NCBI GenBank assembly: GCA_020348925.1
Contig: CP070758.1
Location: 1,134,469 to 1,198,468, forward strand
Length of the DNA stretch: 64,000 nt
DNA from: Gemmatimonadota bacterium
GTDB lineage: Bacteria; JBHIER01; G020348925
Direction: 5' to 3'
Part shown: in pieces, positions 59,864 to 64,000 of the stretch
Layout: the number at the start of each line of letters is the position of its first letter
Position numbering within the stretch: the stretch's first letter is position 1
The notes under the pieces: model-generated
Told to the model about the DNA's origin: nothing
Databases searched by the model: none
What the model saw: the letters and a program-made list of their open reading frames with translations, nothing else
Made by a program: the position numbers and the translations under genes

Positions 59864-62800
59864 TCATCGCAAGAGCACCATGCTTTTCGTCTTACCAAAG
59901 TGCCCAGCAATTAACCGAAAGTAGTATACCCCGCTGGAGACCTCACGTCCACCTTCATCCCGACCATCCCAGACCGCGGCGTAATAACCCGGCTCCTGGA
60001 TCTCATTGATCAATGTTCGAACGTCCTGACCCAGAATGTTGTAAATTTTTAGAGTGACGTGAGGAGGGACCTGATCGCTGACCACTGAATACTGAATACT
60101 GGTCGTGGGGTTAAAGGGATTGGGATAATTCTGAGAGAGGTAGAATTCTGTGGGCACAGACCATGCAACGGCCACAGGGCCGAAACGTACTCGTGTTCCC
60201 GCTCCAGCGACCACTTCAAGGAGATAGTAATACGCGGTTCCAACGATAATATCTCTATCGATACAAAGATAGTGCCCATCCTCCTCCTCGATTGCTGCAT
60301 CTATCTCAAAAAAAGATTTTTCGGATCTGTTCGCCCTTCGAATAGAATAACTGGCAATGTCCGAGTCGGCTGATATGGACCACTGAAGAACGACACCGTC
60401 CCTCCCCCCTGAAGCAGAAAAGAATTCAAGCACGACTGCCGTTTGACCGGTATCAAAACCATAGGAATTTGTCAGAAAAAGATCGTGATGCGTCGTCGCC
60501 CACTCCACCCTCTCCGGATCAAAAGAATGACCGGGACTATAGGACATGACATACGGCCCCTGTGCTGTTACGATATCAAGCAGGCCGTCATCGTTGATGT
60601 CACACACTGTGGCATCGTAGTTCGAACCGAAGGTCGCAATGGGCCAACCGAAAAGGGTCGAACCGTCCGCCTGCCACGCATGGATAGAGAAGGCGCCATT
60701 CAGAGCGTTGCGAACCTCAGACAGAATCTCGACGCCCTCTCTCCCATCGACATCGGCGACCCGAGGAAAAGCGTACGATCCCGCGTTGGACACCTGAAGA
60801 GGATGCACGTCCACACCGCTCCCACTGGTATTTAAAACATAGAGACCGCCCCCAAGAAAGGTCGGAACCATAAATTCCAGATCACGATCACCATCGACAT
60901 CCCCGAGAGCGGAATAATAATTCAAGGCGCCGCTTAACGTCACAGGCCATCCTGGAAGGAGCGTCCCGTCATGCTGCCACGCATAGACGCGACCGGACAG
61001 AGTCGCCACCAAGACTTCGGAATCCCCATCACCGTCAACATCACCGATATTGGGCGAATTATAGCTCACGTTGCACGGTTGGGGCCAGCCGTCGAGAGGT
61101 TGTCCAGTACCATCCCAGGCATAGAGTGAATCTGAAACACAGACGATATCTGTACATCCATCACCGTTGAGATCTCCGAGCGTGGGATGGGCAAAACCAA
61201 AACGCGTGTTCGCCTTCGGCCACCCTGGTGCTCTGACCCCGTCGTGGTGCCAGACGGAAACCGAGCCTGATGTGAGATCCGGGTCCAAACTCCCGGCTAC
61301 GATCTCGAGATCACCGTCCCCATCCACATCCCCCAGAGCCACTGCGCTGAAATAGGCCTCCGAAATCTCCTGCGGCCAGCCGGACAGAGGCGTTCCATCG
61401 CTGTGCCAGGCATAGACGGACACACCCGAGGCAGTATTCAGGTCGTAGTTGACACAACCGGCGACGATTTCAAGTTCACCACCCCCATCCACATCTCCCA
61501 CAGCACGCGTTGTCAGCTGTACCTCCGGGGGAAAATCCAATTGTACGGGCCAACCGGAACGTTCCGAACCGTCCAGCTCAAAAAGATGAAGAGCATACCC
61601 TCCCGAATCCCGATGCGAGACGACGATCTCCTGAGCATCATCCCCGTCCACATCCGCCACGGTCGCTCCGTAAAAATCCGTGTCCCCTCCCAGTTCGATG
61701 GGAAATCCCGGTGTTTGAGGCACCGGTGTCACTTCCAGGGGAAAAGCTGGCCATTGTTCGTGACCCGCACTGTCTTCGGCTGTCACTGCGTACAGGTAAG
61801 GAAAAGCATTGGTCAATCCGTCATCCATATAGTGCAACATCGTTGTAGAATGAATTCTATTGTAATTTATTCCGAGATCATTCGACCGATAGACATGAAA
61901 GTCTTTAAAATCGGCGGGAATATGCGCAGCATACTCTTCCCACCGCAACGAAACGCCTCCATCAAGGGAGAGCCCCCTGAATGAGACCACAGGCGGATTG
62001 TAGGTACCGGGAACCGCGCTGATCTCCTCGGGGAAACCGCTCTCATGACCGCGAACATCGAAAGCGGTTATGTTCAAATGATACGTTCTTCCATTTTGCA
62101 GGCCTGAAAGAACACAGCTCGAATCACGTGCGGAGGGAACCACTACAGGCGATTGCCCTTGGGCCGCATCGTTTCCGAGATAGGGAGGTCCAGGGCCATC
62201 CGAATCGTAGTATATATGATACCCCAACGTCCTGGGATCCTCACTGGGAGACCAGTTCAAATAGATTTTCTCCTCCTGTCCCTCAGCCCTGAGATCGAAT
62301 GGAGGAAGAACACCGACCCCTGCCCAGAAGGTATCGGCCCGCTCTACGCGCGTCGTAAATGAGAGCGAATCCGTTGCCACGACGCTCAAGAAATATTGCT
62401 GGAGATTGGACGTCAGCAACCAGCGGTTTCCGAAAAGAGAATCGCCCGGAAGATCATCCTCATGAAATCCATCATCATAGAGACGGAGAGAATCAACCGC
62501 TGTCCGCTTGGAGGACACAAAGACCGCCTGCACTTCGGAGATCCCGTCGTGATCGTAACATTCGACGGTCACCATCACCCGGGAGGTGTCCGGAGAGAAC
62601 GGCTCAACACTCACGGCGACGTCCCCAATTTTGGGATGAAGTCTCGTCAGCGCGTTCTGAGAGAGGGCGTTCGCCAATCCCGCATTCGCCAACAGATCCT
62701 CCGAATCCTCACCCATGACCAGGGCCCACCGGAAGAGGGTTGTATCCTCTGCGTCCAGATCAAAGGGACCGGCGGACATCAGAAAAGCGCAGTCGAGACC

Positions 62801-64000
62801 AGTGGGAAAATGAGTTCGAACCGTCTCCCACGCATCGAAATGAGGATCAAGCTGCCCGAATGCATCGGGGTGAAAGTAGGCCGCGTGTTCCTGGGGCTCC
62901 AAATCAGTCGTATCCCCACTCAGGACGGCATATTGAATTCGCTCCTGTCTCTCAGGAATGACAACACCAGGCCGCTCCTCCCAGTGGAACCAGTGCCAGT
63001 CGGTCAGACCCACATTGCCCGGTGTCATCAGAAACTGAATCCCAGCGTGCACTCTGTAAGCCTGAGCATTGCTTGCAGGCCAGTCCTCACTTCCCCAGCG
63101 GTAATCGTAAATGTACCCAAGATCGAACTCCCGGTTCAATGCCAGCCAATCCGCCCGGTCGTTGATGATACCATCGCGATCATACTCCGGGATATCAGCA
63201 TCGAAGAAGACACCGACGTAAAGTCCCGCGTAGTCATGGCGGCTGCGATTGATAATATCCATCGAGTAGATGATGAAATCCTCATAGGGATGATCAAAAG
63301 CATGAAGAGAAACGTCCAATTGGATATCGAGCGGATAGCCCTGCTCGGTTCGGTCATCGCGGCTCGCATAGGGCCCGTCGGTGATACTGAAGAAGAGGTC
63401 TTCATCGGAGATGAAACGACCCTCTGACACGTGACCGGAGCGAGGATCAACGCCCCAGGGGCCGGGCCACCTTCTTTTTCCATATGCATCCAGCGGCCAA
63501 GATGTCGGAAACGTGCTCGTGGCGACCAAAGAGAGGAAGCCTAAGGGTGCATTGGGCACAACATCTTCGACCAGAGCGTCCCCCGAATGGAGCACCCCCA
63601 GAGAGGTTGGGCGAGGGCCCCAATCGGACTCGTCGGTGCCGCCGTGGAGCTCGGCTTCAGACACCGTCGGACCCATACTCACGAACTCATGCGTCTGCTC
63701 GCTCCAGTATTCTGGCGTCCACGGCCCTACCGGCGCACCGATCCAAACATTGAACCCGGCAATATAGCCGTATCCTTTGTACCATCCCGACGGGAGCTCG
63801 GGAATCGTATAGAAGGACCAACCCCACGGCCCCAACAGTCCGTTGTTGAAAACAGTATGCTTCAACTCACCGACATCAACAAGACCTGCCGCCAAATCAC
63901 TATCATCAATCAGTGAAGATTTTTCCGATGCGAGCTCGGTGTTCTGAAGATCACGTGAGTCAGAGTGAACATAGAAAGAGGAAAGGCAGACGAAACATAG
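59864..64000 (-). CDS. Large secreted protein: uncharacterised N-terminal domain, choice-of-anchor X, 2 FN3, FG-GAP/VCBS repeats, CTD (start beyond window)
   Basis: Frame open to 64000 (hydrophobic LCFVCLSSF); LYDDGFHEDDLPGD; GDVDGDGDLEIV/GWP repeats; QNYPNPFNP tail. Confidence 0.87.
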   Translation of the reverse strand, partial: LCFVCLSSFYVHSDSRDLQNTELASEKSSLIDDSDLAAGLVDVGELKHTVFNNGLLGPWGWSFYTIPELPSGWYKGYGYIAGFNVWIGAPVGPWTPEYWSEQTHEFVSMGPTVSEAELHGGTDESDWGPRPTSLGVLHSGDALVEDVVPNAPLGFLSLVATSTFPTSWPLDAYGKRRWPGPWGVDPRSGHVSEGRFISDEDLFFSITDGPYASRDDRTEQGYPLDIQLDVSLHAFDHPYEDFIIYSMDIINRSRHDYAGLYVGVFFDADIPEYDRDGIINDRADWLALNREFDLGYIYDYRWGSEDWPASNAQAYRVHAGIQFLMTPGNVGLTDWHWFHWEERPGVVIPERQERIQYAVLSGDTTDLEPQEHAAYFHPDAFGQLDPHFDAWETVRTHFPTGLDCAFLMSAGPFDLDAEDTTLFRWALVMGEDSEDLLANAGLANALSQNALTRLHPKIGDVAVSVEPFSPDTSRVMVTVECYDHDGISEVQAVFVSSKRTAVDSLRLYDDGFHEDDLPGDSLFGNRWLLTSNLQQYFLSVVATDSLSFTTRVERADTFWAGVGVLPPFDLRAEGQEEKIYLNWSPSEDPRTLGYHIYYDSDGPGPPYLGNDAAQGQSPVVVPSARDSSCVLSGLQNGRTYHLNITAFDVRGHESGFPEEISAVPGTYNPPVVSFRGLSLDGGVSLRWEEYAAHIPADFKDFHVYRSNDLGINYNRIHSTTMLHYMDDGLTNAFPYLYAVTAEDSAGHEQWPAFPLEVTPVPQTPGFPIELGGDTDFYGATVADVDGDDAQEIVVSHRDSGGYALHLFELDGSERSGWPVQLDFPPEVQLTTRAVGDVDGGGELEIVAGCVNYDLNTASGVSVYAWHSDGTPLSGWPQEISEAYFSAVALGDVDGDGDLEIVAGSLDPDLTSGSVSVWHHDGVRAPGWPKANTRFGFAHPTLGDLNGDGCTDIVCVSDSLYAWDGTGQPLDGWPQPCNVSYNSPNIGDVDGDGDSEVLVATLSGRVYAWQHDGTLLPGWPVTLSGALNYYSALGDVDGDRDLEFMVPTFLGGGLYVLNTSGSGVDVHPLQVSNAGSYAFPRVADVDGREGVEILSEVRNALNGAFSIHAWQADGSTLFGWPIATFGSNYDATVCDINDDGLLDIVTAQGPYVMSYSPGHSFDPERVEWATTHHDLFLTNSYGFDTGQTAVVLEFFSASGGRDGVVLQWSISADSDIASYSIRRANRSEKSFFEIDAAIEEEDGHYLCIDRDIIVGTAYYYLLEVVAGAGTRVRFGPVAVAWSVPTEFYLSQNYPNPFNPTTSIQYSVVSDQVPPHVTLKIYNILGQDVRTLINEIQEPGYYAAVWDGRDEGGREVSSGVYYFRLIAGHFGKTKSMVLLR

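Noticed and set aside
1-64000. CRISPR array, rRNA, tmRNA, RNase P, SRP RNA
   Set aside because: No regularly spaced repeats and none of the signature sequences were seen.

Overview
Bacterial metagenome-type scaffold of five pieces joined by four 100-N spacers (571-670, 44308-44407, 53565-53664, 57360-57459). Genes and strands are discordant across the joins, so adjacency across gaps should not be trusted. The organism is diderm (lolA, outer-membrane barrels). It encodes several secreted proteins ending in a 'QNYPNPFNP...WDG...SSGVYFYRL' FlgD-Ig/T9SS-type C-terminal domain, some with cohesin and dockerin modules, which suggests (inference) an uncultured FCB-group lineage. Housekeeping content: tRNA-Thr(CGT), ftsK-lolA, dtd-maf-rodZ-priA, rho-rpmE-DUF1385-prfA (partial), a RadC N-terminal-only gene, murA and ispG (partial). 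From about 9.5 to 43.4 kb lies a one-strand array of about 26 mostly exported, paralog-rich genes: 5 PD40 propellers, 3 retropepsin proteases, 2 CBM9-DUF5916 barrels, 2 ankyrin-hydrolase fusions, serine hydrolases, 2 PP2C phosphatases and a Tat-signal QueG/RdhA-like Fe-S protein. Two identical ECF-type promoter motifs head parts of it. Less obvious signals: two sigma54 promoters sharing a (T/G)GCAA-N4-TTGCA upstream palindrome, one facing a ~120-nt unit without a credible ORF (candidate sRNA) and the other a ~330-nt leader with orphan Shine-Dalgarno motifs; a 258-bp dockerin-CTD module shared near-identically by two genes; a dispersed palindromic element; and a Rho with Asp at the catalytic Glu position. 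No CRISPR array, integrase, transposase or reverse transcriptase was seen.
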